This document shows positions 1 to 9,057 of a stretch of DNA of 64,000 nt, one piece after another. The position numbers and the translations under genes are program-made. Each line of letters opens with the position of its first letter. Within the stretch, counting starts at the first letter, position 1. Under the pieces are notes generated by a model, which did not search any database, had not been told where the DNA came from, and saw nothing but the letters and a program-made list of their open reading frames with translations. Source of the stretch: Gammaproteobacteria bacterium (GTDB lineage: Bacteria; Pseudomonadota; Gammaproteobacteria; Burkholderiales; JAHFRG01); contig JBGQCF010000003.1 of assembly GCA_041495205.1 (NCBI GenBank), positions 57,960 through 121,959 of the forward strand, written 5' to 3'.

Positions 1-1
1 A

Positions 2-925
2 TGGAACCTCGTCGGAAAGTGGTCGGATCTGCTGGGTCATCCGCTTGCCGTTTTGGAGCGCGGGCGCGGCACCCGTCTCACCCCTTTTGGGGAAAAATTG
101 CTTTGGGCAGACCAGCGTGTGAAAGCCAGGCTGGGACCGCAGCTTGAAAACCTCGCTTCCGAGTTGGAGCAAGAACTCAACGAAACTTTCCCTGCCGGAC
201 GTGCTGCGTTGCGTTTGTACGCCAGCCATGACCTGGCGCTTGCGGAACTACGCGAGATGTTGAACCGGGTCCCAAAAGGCCCGCGCCTCGAATTGCAGTT
301 CCGCGGCAGCCTGGACTGCCTCGCGTCGCTGGCGCGTTCGCAATGTGATCTGGCCGGATTTCACATTCCCGAACACGCCATCAGCAAAAATATGCTGCTG
401 CGCTACCGCAAGTTGCTGAAACCCCGCAGTCAAAAATTGATTGAATTTGTCGGGCGCCAGCAGGGGCTGATCGTGGCAAGCGGAAACCCGAAACAGATAT
501 ACAACATGATTGACCTCGCCAAGCGAGATGTGCGCTTTGTCAACCGTCAGCAGGGTTCAGGAACACGCCTGCTGCTGGATATGCTGTTGGATCAGGCCGG
601 AATCGAACAGGGAAAGATTCAAGGCTTTCAGCATGAAGAATTCACGCACGCCGCGGTGGCCGCCACAATTGCAAGCGGTAAGGCCGACGCAGGGATGGGC
701 ATAGAAGCGGCAGCGAAGCAGTTTGATCTGGATTTCGTCCCGATTGCGAGCGAGCGTTATTTCCTGATTACCCACCAGAAAAACCTGCTCAAACCGGCAG
801 TCAAGCAGCTGATCTCGGCTATGCAAAGCAGCGAATTCAAAAGCGTCATTGCCCGTTTGCCTGGCTACGATGCTTCGCGTGCCGGCGGAATCACTTCAAT
901 CAGAAAAGTGTTTCCTTGGGATTAA
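2..925 (+). CDS. ModE/TunR-type transcriptional regulator (wHTH plus PBP-like oxyanion-binding domain), 5' end cut by window edge
   Basis: The frame is open from nt 2. GHPLAVLERGRGTRLTPFGEKLL looks like the end of a ModE/LysR-type HTH. It is followed by a periplasmic-binding-protein-like domain (DLAGFHIPE, GLIVASGNP, RFVNRQQGSGTRLLLD, ADAGMGIEAAA, ERYFL) as in PF12727-type molybdate/tungstate regulators. Confidence 0.75.
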   Translation, partial: WNLVGKWSDLLGHPLAVLERGRGTRLTPFGEKLLWADQRVKARLGPQLENLASELEQELNETFPAGRAALRLYASHDLALAELREMLNRVPKGPRLELQFRGSLDCLASLARSQCDLAGFHIPEHAISKNMLLRYRKLLKPRSQKLIEFVGRQQGLIVASGNPKQIYNMIDLAKRDVRFVNRQQGSGTRLLLDMLLDQAGIEQGKIQGFQHEEFTHAAVAATIASGKADAGMGIEAAAKQFDLDFVPIASERYFLITHQKNLLKPAVKQLISAMQSSEFKSVIARLPGYDASRAGGITSIRKVFPWD

Positions 926-949
926 CCCGCAAGGGACTTGCTCGACATG

Positions 950-1201
950 TTAGCCGCCGGCGACAGGCGGCCAGATCGCCAGCACGTCGCCTTCTTTTAA
1001 TTTCGTGGTTATGCGGGCAGTCGGATAAACATAAACCCCGTTGACCAGGACAAGGTGCACCAGCTGACTTGGAAGCTGGAACTGATCAATTATTGATTGG
1101 ATGGTCGAACCCGCTGCAACCTCGAGTTCTATGGAATTGGTTCTGGAAGGTTGCGGCAGGTGGTCGGCAAGGGTGGCAAACAGCTTGAATTTGATTTTCA
1201 T
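950..1201 (-). CDS. MoaD/ThiS-family sulfur-carrier-like protein (AorD-like)
   Basis: 83 aa counted from the internal ATG (MKIKFKLFATL...), ending in the diagnostic C-terminal GG. The ATG overlaps the upstream stop as ATGA (1198-1201). The longer 112-aa ORF would overlap aorC. Confidence 0.8.
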   Translation of the reverse strand: MKIKFKLFATLADHLPQPSRTNSIELEVAAGSTIQSIIDQFQLPSQLVHLVLVNGVYVYPTARITTKLKEGDVLAIWPPVAGG

Positions 1202-2466
1202 GCGGCAAATTTGAAATTGCTTCCCTGGGTGCGCGCCAGATACGCTTCCATGATACGCATAGGATCTTTGAGCAAGCGATCCTTCCATTCTCCAAGGCGT
1301 ATTTTACCCTGGATCAGGCCGCGGATGACCCCCACGTGCTGAGTGAGCCCCAGGCTGGTCGCGCCAACAAGAATATCGTCCTTGAATTCCAGGTGCATGT
1401 AGCGGAAATTTTCCTCGTCCACCAGTTCGGTGTGCTCACCCCCTTTTACGCCCATCCACTGCCCAAAGGAGGAAGAAATGAGGCCCAGCGTATTCAGCAC
1501 GTTGATGGCCATAGTCCCTTGCGAGCGGGTTGCTTTGCCCGCCATGTTGAGCGCGGCGATGCGCGCTTGGTCGGCCGCATTTGGCTGAATCGCATTCACC
1601 AATTGTGCGCCGGTATAAAACTCCATTGCTTGCGCCACATCGCCCGCGGCGTAAACGCCAGGCACATTAGTCTGCATCGTTTCATCCACTTTGATGCCGG
1701 TATCCGTGACGATCCCGCTGCCTTTAAGGAATTCGATGTTCGGGCGCACGCCGGTTGCGCTGATGACAAGACCCACCGTCAGCGATTCGCCGTTACTCAG
1801 CTTAACCTTAAGTGGGTTGGTCGAATTCCCTGATTTCTCAATCGCCTCGACCTTGGTGGAAGTAAAGACTTTCACGCCTTTTTTCTCACACCACTTCTTG
1901 ATAAGCCCGCCCGCGCCTTCGGTCATCATCCTCGGCACCATACGGTTACCCATTTCCACCACGGTAAGCTCCACGCCGCGTGATGCCAGCGCTTCCAGGA
2001 TAATACAGCCGATAAAGCCCGCGCCCATCTGCAGCACTCGTGCGCCTTTCTTTGCAAGCTTCATGATGTGACGTGAGTCCTCCATCGTCCAGCACGGGTA
2101 AATTCCAGGCAGATTCATTCCCGTAATCGGAGGCGCAACCGGTCTGGAACCACTGGCGATCAGCAGCTTGTCGTAATTCATAGTTTTGCCGTTATTCAAA
2201 AACACTTTTTTGTTTGAGGTGTCAATTTTGTCCGCTCTGGCGACAAGCAATTCGATTTTGAGATTACGGAAGTGATTCGCATCCTTGCGCAAATAGGTTC
2301 CAGCTTCCTGGATGTCGCCCATCAGCAAATAAGGAATCGCCATGCGCGAGTATGGGGGCTCCGGTTCGTCGCCTATCAGGACAATATTTCCCTGAGCATC
2401 GCTTTTACGCACGGTCTCCGCCGCGATGACGCCTGCTGGCCCATTGCCGATAATTACGTAATTCAT
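1198..2466 (-). CDS. aorC: FAD/NAD(P)-dependent pyridine-nucleotide-disulfide-type oxidoreductase, AorC-like subunit
   Basis: Two Rossmann motifs are present (IIGNGPAGV at the N-terminus and MGAGFIGCI mid-protein), plus AAGDVA. GGAGGA SD upstream. Third gene of the aor operon. Confidence 0.85.
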   Translation of the reverse strand: MNYVIIGNGPAGVIAAETVRKSDAQGNIVLIGDEPEPPYSRMAIPYLLMGDIQEAGTYLRKDANHFRNLKIELLVARADKIDTSNKKVFLNNGKTMNYDKLLIASGSRPVAPPITGMNLPGIYPCWTMEDSRHIMKLAKKGARVLQMGAGFIGCIILEALASRGVELTVVEMGNRMVPRMMTEGAGGLIKKWCEKKGVKVFTSTKVEAIEKSGNSTNPLKVKLSNGESLTVGLVISATGVRPNIEFLKGSGIVTDTGIKVDETMQTNVPGVYAAGDVAQAMEFYTGAQLVNAIQPNAADQARIAALNMAGKATRSQGTMAINVLNTLGLISSSFGQWMGVKGGEHTELVDEENFRYMHLEFKDDILVGATSLGLTQHVGVIRGLIQGKIRLGEWKDRLLKDPMRIMEAYLARTQGSNFKFAA

Positions 2467-2494
2467 TCAGCTTCCTCCGTTAATCTGGAATTAA

Positions 2495-2524
2495 AAGGGG
2501 AAAATATATGTATATTTTCCCCTT
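2495..2524 (-). repeat. Perfect palindrome/hairpin (14-bp arms, 2-nt centre) in the aorB-aorC spacer
   Basis: AAGGGGAAAATATA (2495-2508) and TATATTTTCCCCTT (2511-2524) are exact reverse complements. Coordinates are anchored on the aorB stop (2548-2550) and the aorC start (2464-2466). Confidence 0.6.
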
Positions 2525-2547
2525 AGACCCTCAAAACCGGGTAAAAC

Positions 2548-4395
2548 TTACAGACCCAATCTTTGCCTTGTTTCCTTGGTCGGCACACCGTCAGGCGTCC
2601 AGCCGCGCAACTTGTAATATTCCGGCAGCATCTTGCTAAGCTCGTTCACCTTGCCTTTGGCGGGACCGGTCTTGGCGGGTTCGGTTAGCAGGCGTTTCGG
2701 CAGCGTATCGTCCTTTGCTGTGAAGCCGGCGGCGTTGTTGAATTCGCGCTCCATGTTCCAGATGCGTTCGCCGACCAGATTCAATTTCTCCAAAGACCAG
2801 TCACCCTCGCACGCGGCCTGAAGCTGTGGTTGAATGTCGTTCAAGGTCCAGGCAAAGGTGGTAAATACGCACAGCCCTGTAGAGTCCACCACCGCAGTCG
2901 CATCCTGAAAAGCTTTAACAAGTCCCGCCTTGCCGTCAGTGGTGAGGGGGTCGGTTTTCACCGGGATGCCCATTACTTCGGAAGCCACAGTGTAGCCACG
3001 CAGGTGGCAGGCGCCGCGGTTGGAAGTGGCGTAAGCCAAACCCATGCCCTGGATGCCGCGCGAATCATAAGCCGGGAACTCCTGTCCTTTCACCGTCATC
3101 GAGAGTTCCGGGTGGCCGTATTTTTCGCACATGCGTTTCGAACCCAGACCCAAAATCTTTCCGAAGCCTTCACCGTGTGCAGTCCATTCGGTGAACTTGC
3201 ACAACGCTTCGACGGAGCCGAAGGGCGCTTTAATGCCGGTGTCTTTTTCAGTAATCACGCCCAGTTCGTACAACTCCATCGCCGCGGCCACCGTGGCACC
3301 GAAAGTAATCGGGTCCATGCCGTCCTCATTACAGATAAAGTTAGCGTAGGTCAGCGCTTCCAGGTCGTCGACACCGTTGTCATTGCCCAATGCCCAAGCT
3401 GCTTCGTATTCCAGCCCACCTGAAGCGCCCCAGTATTCGGGCTTGTTCTTCACCGTCCAGTGAGTCTCGTCGATCTTCGAGATGCGTCCGCAAGCGATGG
3501 TGCACCCGAAACAAGCCTGGTTGGTCACCAGATTGGCTTTGCCGTCGGTTGGACGCTTCTCATGCATCGCCTCAGCGGATATTTTTCTCGCGCCTTCAAA
3601 CTGCACATCGCGATGGTTGCGCGTCGGGGAGGCGCCCATTTCATTGATGACGTTCATCAACACCTGGGTTCCGTACTTCGGCAGACCTTGGCCCGTCACC
3701 GCGTTGTCAGCAAGTACTTTCTTCGCTGCGAATGTCGCTCTCATGAACTCTTTCGGATTGGCGACAGTCACGCCCTTGGTGCCGCGCACAGCGACAGCTT
3801 TGAGGTTTTTCGATCCCATCACCGCACCTACGCCGGAACGCCCTGCCGCGCGGTGCAAATCATTCACAATCGCGGCGAAAAGAACTTTATTTTCGCCTGC
3901 GCGCCCGATGGAAGATACGCGAATCAGCGGGTCCTGGTGTTTTTTCTTGATGAGTTCTTCGGTATCCCAAACCGATTTGCCCCAAATGAAATTTTCCGCG
4001 GGCAACAATTCGGCCTTTTCGTTTTGTATAAGCAAATACACCGGTTTGGGCGATTTGCCCTCGAAGATAATCATGTCCCAGCCTGCCATCTTGAGTTCCG
4101 TGCCGAAATAACCGCCTGAATTGGAACATGCAATCGCGCCGGTAAGCGGGCCTTTGGTAATCACCGAATAGCGGGCGCCGGTGGATGCCATGGTTCCGGT
4201 CAACGGGCCGGTGGCGAAAATCAGCTTATTGTCTGGCGACAACGGATCCACTTTGGGATCGATTTCCTCCACCAGATACTTGGTGGCCAGGCCGCGCTGC
4301 CCCAGGTATTCCTGCACCCATTTCATGTTTAGAGGTTCGGCCTTGCAGGTACCCTTGCTCAGATTCACCCGTAAAACTTGTTTATGCCACGCCAT
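2548..4395 (-). CDS. aorB: Tungsten-pterin aldehyde:ferredoxin oxidoreductase family catalytic subunit (AorB-like)
   Basis: 615 aa. AOR-family signatures: N-terminal MAWHKQVLRVNLSKG..., GLEYEA, 4Fe-4S ligands CFGCTIACGR plus DSTGLCVF, GxxHLRGY. Confidence 0.92.
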   Translation of the reverse strand: MAWHKQVLRVNLSKGTCKAEPLNMKWVQEYLGQRGLATKYLVEEIDPKVDPLSPDNKLIFATGPLTGTMASTGARYSVITKGPLTGAIACSNSGGYFGTELKMAGWDMIIFEGKSPKPVYLLIQNEKAELLPAENFIWGKSVWDTEELIKKKHQDPLIRVSSIGRAGENKVLFAAIVNDLHRAAGRSGVGAVMGSKNLKAVAVRGTKGVTVANPKEFMRATFAAKKVLADNAVTGQGLPKYGTQVLMNVINEMGASPTRNHRDVQFEGARKISAEAMHEKRPTDGKANLVTNQACFGCTIACGRISKIDETHWTVKNKPEYWGASGGLEYEAAWALGNDNGVDDLEALTYANFICNEDGMDPITFGATVAAAMELYELGVITEKDTGIKAPFGSVEALCKFTEWTAHGEGFGKILGLGSKRMCEKYGHPELSMTVKGQEFPAYDSRGIQGMGLAYATSNRGACHLRGYTVASEVMGIPVKTDPLTTDGKAGLVKAFQDATAVVDSTGLCVFTTFAWTLNDIQPQLQAACEGDWSLEKLNLVGERIWNMEREFNNAAGFTAKDDTLPKRLLTEPAKTGPAKGKVNELSKMLPEYYKLRGWTPDGVPTKETRQRLGL

Positions 4396-4416
4396 GGTGT
4401 GTCTCCTTCAATCTGG

Positions 4417-4896
4417 TCAGGCTTGCGCCTTGTGACTGGTGTCGGTTTTGGTCGCCCACATGCGCATTCTTTCGAGGCCGGTCCAATCGGAATCCACATA
4501 GGTAATCGCGCCGGTGGGACAGGCTTGCGCGCACGCCGGATCGCCGCCGCACAAATCACATTTCATAACCTTGCCTGTATCGTGGTTGTAATTCACCGTG
4601 CCGAATGGACAGGCAATGGTGCACACCTTGCAGCCGACACAGACGTCGTCGAGTATGACCTTTGCACCGGTATTGACATCCAGCTTGATCGCCTCGACCG
4701 GACATGCATGCAGACACCAGGCTTCCGCGCACTGGGTACAGGTATATGGCACCTTCCTGCCATCGTGATGAAACTCAAAAACCTTTATGACCGACTTAGA
4801 GGGATTGAACATCCCAAAGTGTTCGAACGAACAGGCCATTTCACACTGCAAACAGCCGGTACATATATCGGGGTTGATAAGCAATGACCTTTGCAT
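4417..4896 (-). CDS. aorA: 4x[4Fe-4S] ferredoxin-like electron-transfer subunit (AorA-like)
   Basis: Four Cys cluster motifs (CTGCLQCEMAC, CTQCAEAWCLHACP, CVGCKVCTIACP, CDLCGGDPACAQACP). It lies 21 nt upstream of aorB. Confidence 0.9.
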   Translation of the reverse strand: MQRSLLINPDICTGCLQCEMACSFEHFGMFNPSKSVIKVFEFHHDGRKVPYTCTQCAEAWCLHACPVEAIKLDVNTGAKVILDDVCVGCKVCTIACPFGTVNYNHDTGKVMKCDLCGGDPACAQACPTGAITYVDSDWTGLERMRMWATKTDTSHKAQA

Positions 4897-5208
4897 TGAA
4901 GTTTCTCCGCAAAGTTTGGACGAGATAGAACAATATTCTTTAAAGCATTATCCTAGCATTTTCTGAAGTCGGCTGCAGATTTGTATTGCGCCCATTTTCA
5001 TGACAGGGTTATTCGGCTGCAGGCGGCTGTGCAATATCCACAAATTAATAAAATAACAGTATTTTCTGTTGCAAAATTAAACAGGTGCGATATTGTAACC
5101 ATTGCTGCCACTTTGAGGTGCTGCAAAAGCCCGACCGCGAGTCATTTTGCTATGGTGTTAGGGCAACTTATCGCTTATGATTCAAGCATCAGTTAAAGTT
5201 AAATCCCA

Positions 5209-6210
5209 ATGCCATCCTCCGTCCCGCAACTAGTCGACAAATACGGCCGCAGCATCAGCTATATCCGGCTCTCGGTGACCGATCGCTGTGATTTCCGCTG
5301 CAGCTATTGCATGGCCGAAGAGATGACCTTTCTGCCCCGGGAACAGGTGTTATCCCTGGAAGAGTGCCTGCGGCTTTCCCACGTCTTTGTGGGCTTGGGG
5401 GTCACCAAAATCAGGATCACGGGAGGTGAACCTTTAGTACGCAAGAACATATTGTGGTTGCTTGAGCAGTTGGGAGCGCTCGAAGGCTTAAAAGAACTGG
5501 TTTTGACCACCAACGGCTCGCAGCTTGAGAAAATGGCCCAGGATATTCGGGCGGCCGGAGTCAAACGCGTGAACATCAGCCTGGATAGTCTTAAACCTGA
5601 ACGTTTTAGGGCCCTGACCCGAGTGGGGGACCTTTCCAAAGTGCTGCGCGGCATTCAGGCCGCTAAAGCCGCAGGCTTTGCGGGCATCAAGCTCAATTGC
5701 GTGATGCTGCGGGGAGTCAATGATGATGAGTTGGCTGATTTGGTGCAGTTTGCGCTTAATCAGGAGCTCGATATCTCATTTATCGAGGAGATGCCGTTAG
5801 GCGAAGTGGATCATGTCCGGGCCAATACCTATTTCAGTCAGGATGAAGCGCTGCCCTTATTGCAGGCGCGTTTTAATCTGGTGAGTTCGGCGGAAACCAC
5901 TGGGGGGCCTGCGCGGTACTGGCGTATTCCCGGGGCAAAAACCAAGGTGGGCTTCATCTCGCCGCACTCGCACAACTTCTGTGAGTCATGCAATCGGGTG
6001 AGGATTACCTGCACCGGGGAGCTTTATCCTTGTTTGGGACAAAATGAAGCAGTGTCTCTGCTGCCGGTATTGCGCGCCTACCCGGAGGATGATGCGCCTT
6101 TGCGTAAGAGCATCATCGAGACGATGGGTATTAAACCCAAGGGCCATGACTTCAACGTCTATCTCCCCACCCCCAAAATCGTCCGCTTCATGTCTATCAC
6201 CGGGGGATAG
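5209..6210 (+). CDS. moaA: GTP 3',8-cyclase MoaA (radical SAM)
   Basis: YIRLSVTDRCDFRCSYCM radical-SAM motif, C-terminal CESCNRVRITCTG cluster and terminal GG. An in-frame TAA 9 nt upstream fixes the ATG. No obvious SD. Confidence 0.95.
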   Translation: MPSSVPQLVDKYGRSISYIRLSVTDRCDFRCSYCMAEEMTFLPREQVLSLEECLRLSHVFVGLGVTKIRITGGEPLVRKNILWLLEQLGALEGLKELVLTTNGSQLEKMAQDIRAAGVKRVNISLDSLKPERFRALTRVGDLSKVLRGIQAAKAAGFAGIKLNCVMLRGVNDDELADLVQFALNQELDISFIEEMPLGEVDHVRANTYFSQDEALPLLQARFNLVSSAETTGGPARYWRIPGAKTKVGFISPHSHNFCESCNRVRITCTGELYPCLGQNEAVSLLPVLRAYPEDDAPLRKSIIETMGIKPKGHDFNVYLPTPKIVRFMSITGG

Positions 6211-6299
6211 GCACTCCCATTCTCAACTCCCGCTGACTCTAAAGCCCGGCACCTTCTCCCAGAATTGGTTCAAGGCAAACCATCTAGCGAGGTTATGAC

Positions 6300-7568
6300 A
6301 TGACCAGCAAATCTCTGCGCGAATTGAGTTGCGCGGACGATTACGATCCGAATTCCATGCCTGTCGCGAAAGCACGAGAATTCATCCAGGCTTATCTCAC
6401 TCCCGTCGCCGGCATAGAAAAAGTAAACATCCGCGCAACGTTGGGGCGGGTGCTGGCCGAGGACATCATCTCGCTCATCAACGTCCCGTCCCATGTCAAT
6501 TCGGCAATGGACGGCTATGCAGTGCGTTTCAAAGATCTGAATGCTAACGGCGAGACGGTGTTACGCATGACAGGTAGCGCGCTTGCGGGAAAACCTTACG
6601 CGGGCCGAGTCAGCGACAAACAATGCGTGCGCATCATGACTGGTGCGGTGCTGCCGCAAGGAACAGACACTGTCATCATGCAGGAGCATGCAAGCGCCGA
6701 CGGCTCGAATATCCGCTTTGGTGGAGGGCACAAGCTGGGACAGAACATCCGCCAGGCGGGCGAAGATCTCGCTATCGGCCAGGTTGTGCTCAAGACTGGA
6801 AAGCACATCCGCCCTGCCGAGCTGGGACTGCTTGCTTCGTTGGGCATCGCGGAAATTGCCGTGCGGCGGCGCCTGCGCGTGGCATTCTTTTCTACAGGCG
6901 ATGAACTACGCTCAATTGGCAATCCGCTGGAAGAAGGCCAGATTTACGACAGCAATCGCTACACCATTTACGGTATGTTGACCCGCTTGGGGGCGGAAGT
7001 GCTGGACATGGGTGTGGTCATGGACGATCCGGCCAGCCTGGAACGAGCACTCAGCGAAGCAGCAGCCACAGCGGATGTGGTAATTACAAGCGGCGGCGTC
7101 TCCGTGGGAGAAGCGGATTACATCAAAGAGCTGCTCAGCCAACTGGGCGAAGTCGTGTTCTGGAAAATCGCGATGAAGCCCGGAAGACCGCTGGCTTACG
7201 GCAAAATCGGCCAAGCGCATTTCTTTGGCCTGCCCGGCAACCCGGTGTCGGTCATGGTCACGTTCTACCAATTCGTACGCGAGGCACTGCTGATCCTGAT
7301 GGGGCGCAAGGACGATTATGCTGTTCCTACACTCAAAGCGACATGCGCCAGTGCGCTCAGAAAAGCCCCCGGCCGCACCGAATTCCAGCGTGGTATTCTC
7401 AGCCGGGATAAAAACGGCGAATGGACGGTACACGTGACTGGAGAACAGGGTTCGGGGATATTGCGCTCGATGTCGCAGGCAAACTGCTTTATCGTCCTGC
7501 CAGACTCCCAGGGCAACGTGGCTGCGGGCAGCATGGTTGAAGTACAAGTGCTCGAAGGCTTGGTATAG
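6300..7568 (+). CDS. moeA: Molybdopterin molybdenum/tungsten transferase MoeA
   Basis: 422 aa. SAMDGYAV, TGDEL, SGGVSVGEADY and GLPGNPVS motifs. Confidence 0.93.
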   Translation: MTSKSLRELSCADDYDPNSMPVAKAREFIQAYLTPVAGIEKVNIRATLGRVLAEDIISLINVPSHVNSAMDGYAVRFKDLNANGETVLRMTGSALAGKPYAGRVSDKQCVRIMTGAVLPQGTDTVIMQEHASADGSNIRFGGGHKLGQNIRQAGEDLAIGQVVLKTGKHIRPAELGLLASLGIAEIAVRRRLRVAFFSTGDELRSIGNPLEEGQIYDSNRYTIYGMLTRLGAEVLDMGVVMDDPASLERALSEAAATADVVITSGGVSVGEADYIKELLSQLGEVVFWKIAMKPGRPLAYGKIGQAHFFGLPGNPVSVMVTFYQFVREALLILMGRKDDYAVPTLKATCASALRKAPGRTEFQRGILSRDKNGEWTVHVTGEQGSGILRSMSQANCFIVLPDSQGNVAAGSMVEVQVLEGLV

Positions 7569-7578
7569 CAGCAATAAT

Positions 7579-7605
7579 AAAGCCCGGGATGAGCCGGGCT
7601 TTTTC
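7579..7605. terminator. Bidirectional rho-independent terminator between convergent moeA and the FDH operon
   Basis: AAAGCCCGG / CCGGGCTTT stem followed by TTTTT. An A-rich run on the left provides a U-tract for the minus strand. Confidence 0.75.
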
Positions 7606-7622
7606 TCGATACCTTAGCTAAT

Positions 7623-7946
7623 TTATTTTTTATTCTTATCGGTAGCAGAAGCCGCCGTGGTTGCCGGGGCGGCTGGAGCCGCTGCAGGCGCGGGCGGAGG
7701 GATCGGAGTAGGCTTCACGACAATGCCCTTCGCTTTCATGTCTTTGATGTAATGCTCTGCAACCTTGTCCTGGACTTTAGCCAGAAACTCGGCCGCTTTT
7801 TTATCTGCTTCCGCCGCTTTCGCTTTGGCTTCCTCGGCCTTGGCTTTTTGCTCCTCGGTAGGCGGCGGTAGTTTCGCGTAGGCCAATCCCGAGCTCAAAA
7901 ACGCCAGTACCAAGCCCCCGATGATTGCTTTTGCCAGTATTCTCAT
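7623..7946 (-). CDS. Small secreted Lys/Ala/Glu- and Pro/Ala-rich protein, last gene of the FDH operon
   Basis: 107 aa from the ATG preceded by GGGGGAA SD. Signal peptide MRILAKAIIGGLVLAFLSSGLAYA, then a charged KAKAEEAKAKAAEADKK segment and a PPPAPAAAPAAPA tail. The upstream part of the 153-aa ORF overlaps the gamma subunit. Confidence 0.6.
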   Translation of the reverse strand: MRILAKAIIGGLVLAFLSSGLAYAKLPPPTEEQKAKAEEAKAKAAEADKKAAEFLAKVQDKVAEHYIKDMKAKGIVVKPTPIPPPAPAAAPAAPATTAASATDKNKK

Positions 7947-7971
7947 TCGTTCCCCCAATAATCCACAGTAA

Positions 7972-9036
7972 TTACGGCCGGGCTTGTGCGGTGCCCGCCG
8001 CACCCATCGGTTTCTGAGCGCTCTTGCCGGATTTGATATCGTTGTACCAGAGTTCGTGATGCTCCTTGGCCCAAGTTTCATCAACTGTGCCGTTACGCAT
8101 CGATTCGTAAGCGCCTTCCACTCCCAGCGTACCCATGTAGATGTGGCCTAGCGAAGCGGCAATGAAGATGACCGCAACGACTGCGTGAATCACGTTGGCC
8201 TGCTGCATCATGGCGCGCCCTTGCTCAAAGTTCGGGAAATCCAGAATAAGCCCGGTCACTGCGGCGATGATGCTCAACAGGAAAACACCGAACCAGAACC
8301 AGGACTTCTCACCGGCATTGAAGCGGTCCGAGGGCACGTGCTCCTTGCTGAACATTCCGCCGGCTTTCTTGAACCACAACATGTCGTGAGCCTTCCACCA
8401 GTTGTCCTTGACAAAGGTCACGAACATCGCCGCCACACAGAAGATGAAAAGCGGGCCTACAAAGTTGTGCAGGTTTTTCGAGAGAATGGCGAGCCATGAA
8501 AACAAGGTGTAACCGAAAATCGGCAGGACGATATGCTTGCCGAACAGTATGATTACGCCGCTTATCGCCAGCACCACGAAACTGATCGCGGTGGACCAAT
8601 GCACCACCCGTTCCCAGTCGCTGAAGCGCTGGATCATGCGGCTAGTCGGCTTATCATGCAGCTTAAGCGGGCCGTACCTGCGGTAAAATAGAAAGATCAA
8701 CACCGGCACCGCGATGAGCAAGATGCCGCCGTAAAACGTGACCGGACCATTGCGCAGTTCGCGCCACGTCTCGCCGCCGGATTGCATCAGTACACCGGTT
8801 TCCACACCTTTCACCGTGGTGTAGTTCTGCTCCCCGGAGCGCACTTCGCGCCAAATCGGGGCATTGTTATAGGGCTGATCTAACTGGCGTTGGACTTGGG
8901 TGTCTTTATTTTCAGCCGCCACAGCCGCCGCATCTTTCTGGCCAGTGTCAGCGGCTGAAACTACGTTGCTGGACAGCAAAAACGCCACTACCAACATGAG
9001 CTTCAACAGAATACCGCCAAGGACTGTTTTCCTCAT
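7972..9036 (-). CDS. fdhC: Formate dehydrogenase gamma subunit (cytochrome b, FdnI/FdoI family) with N-terminal periplasmic extension
   Basis: Signal peptide plus a roughly 100-aa soluble segment, then four TM helices with conserved His (RFSDWERVVHWS, NLHNFVGP, HAVVAV, HIYMG). AGGAGAA SD. Confidence 0.88.
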   Translation of the reverse strand: MRKTVLGGILLKLMLVVAFLLSSNVVSAADTGQKDAAAVAAENKDTQVQRQLDQPYNNAPIWREVRSGEQNYTTVKGVETGVLMQSGGETWRELRNGPVTFYGGILLIAVPVLIFLFYRRYGPLKLHDKPTSRMIQRFSDWERVVHWSTAISFVVLAISGVIILFGKHIVLPIFGYTLFSWLAILSKNLHNFVGPLFIFCVAAMFVTFVKDNWWKAHDMLWFKKAGGMFSKEHVPSDRFNAGEKSWFWFGVFLLSIIAAVTGLILDFPNFEQGRAMMQQANVIHAVVAVIFIAASLGHIYMGTLGVEGAYESMRNGTVDETWAKEHHELWYNDIKSGKSAQKPMGAAGTAQARP

Positions 9037-9057
9037 CGTTTGTTCTCCTAAAGCTGG

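Noticed and set aside
4981-5196. 71-aa ORF in the aorA-moaA spacer
   Set aside because: It starts with a non-ATG codon, has no SD, an odd Cys/Ile-rich composition and no recognisable family. It lies in a probable divergent promoter region.
4897-5208. Moco riboswitch or sigma-54 promoter in the 312-bp AT-rich spacer between divergent aorA and moaA
   Set aside because: moaA leaders often carry the Moco RNA motif. I could not find its conserved elements as I recall them (GCCUCC-type box, CCGAG, terminal AAAGG near the SD). I also found no TGGCAC-N5-TTGC on either strand. A covariance-model search (RF01055) would settle it.
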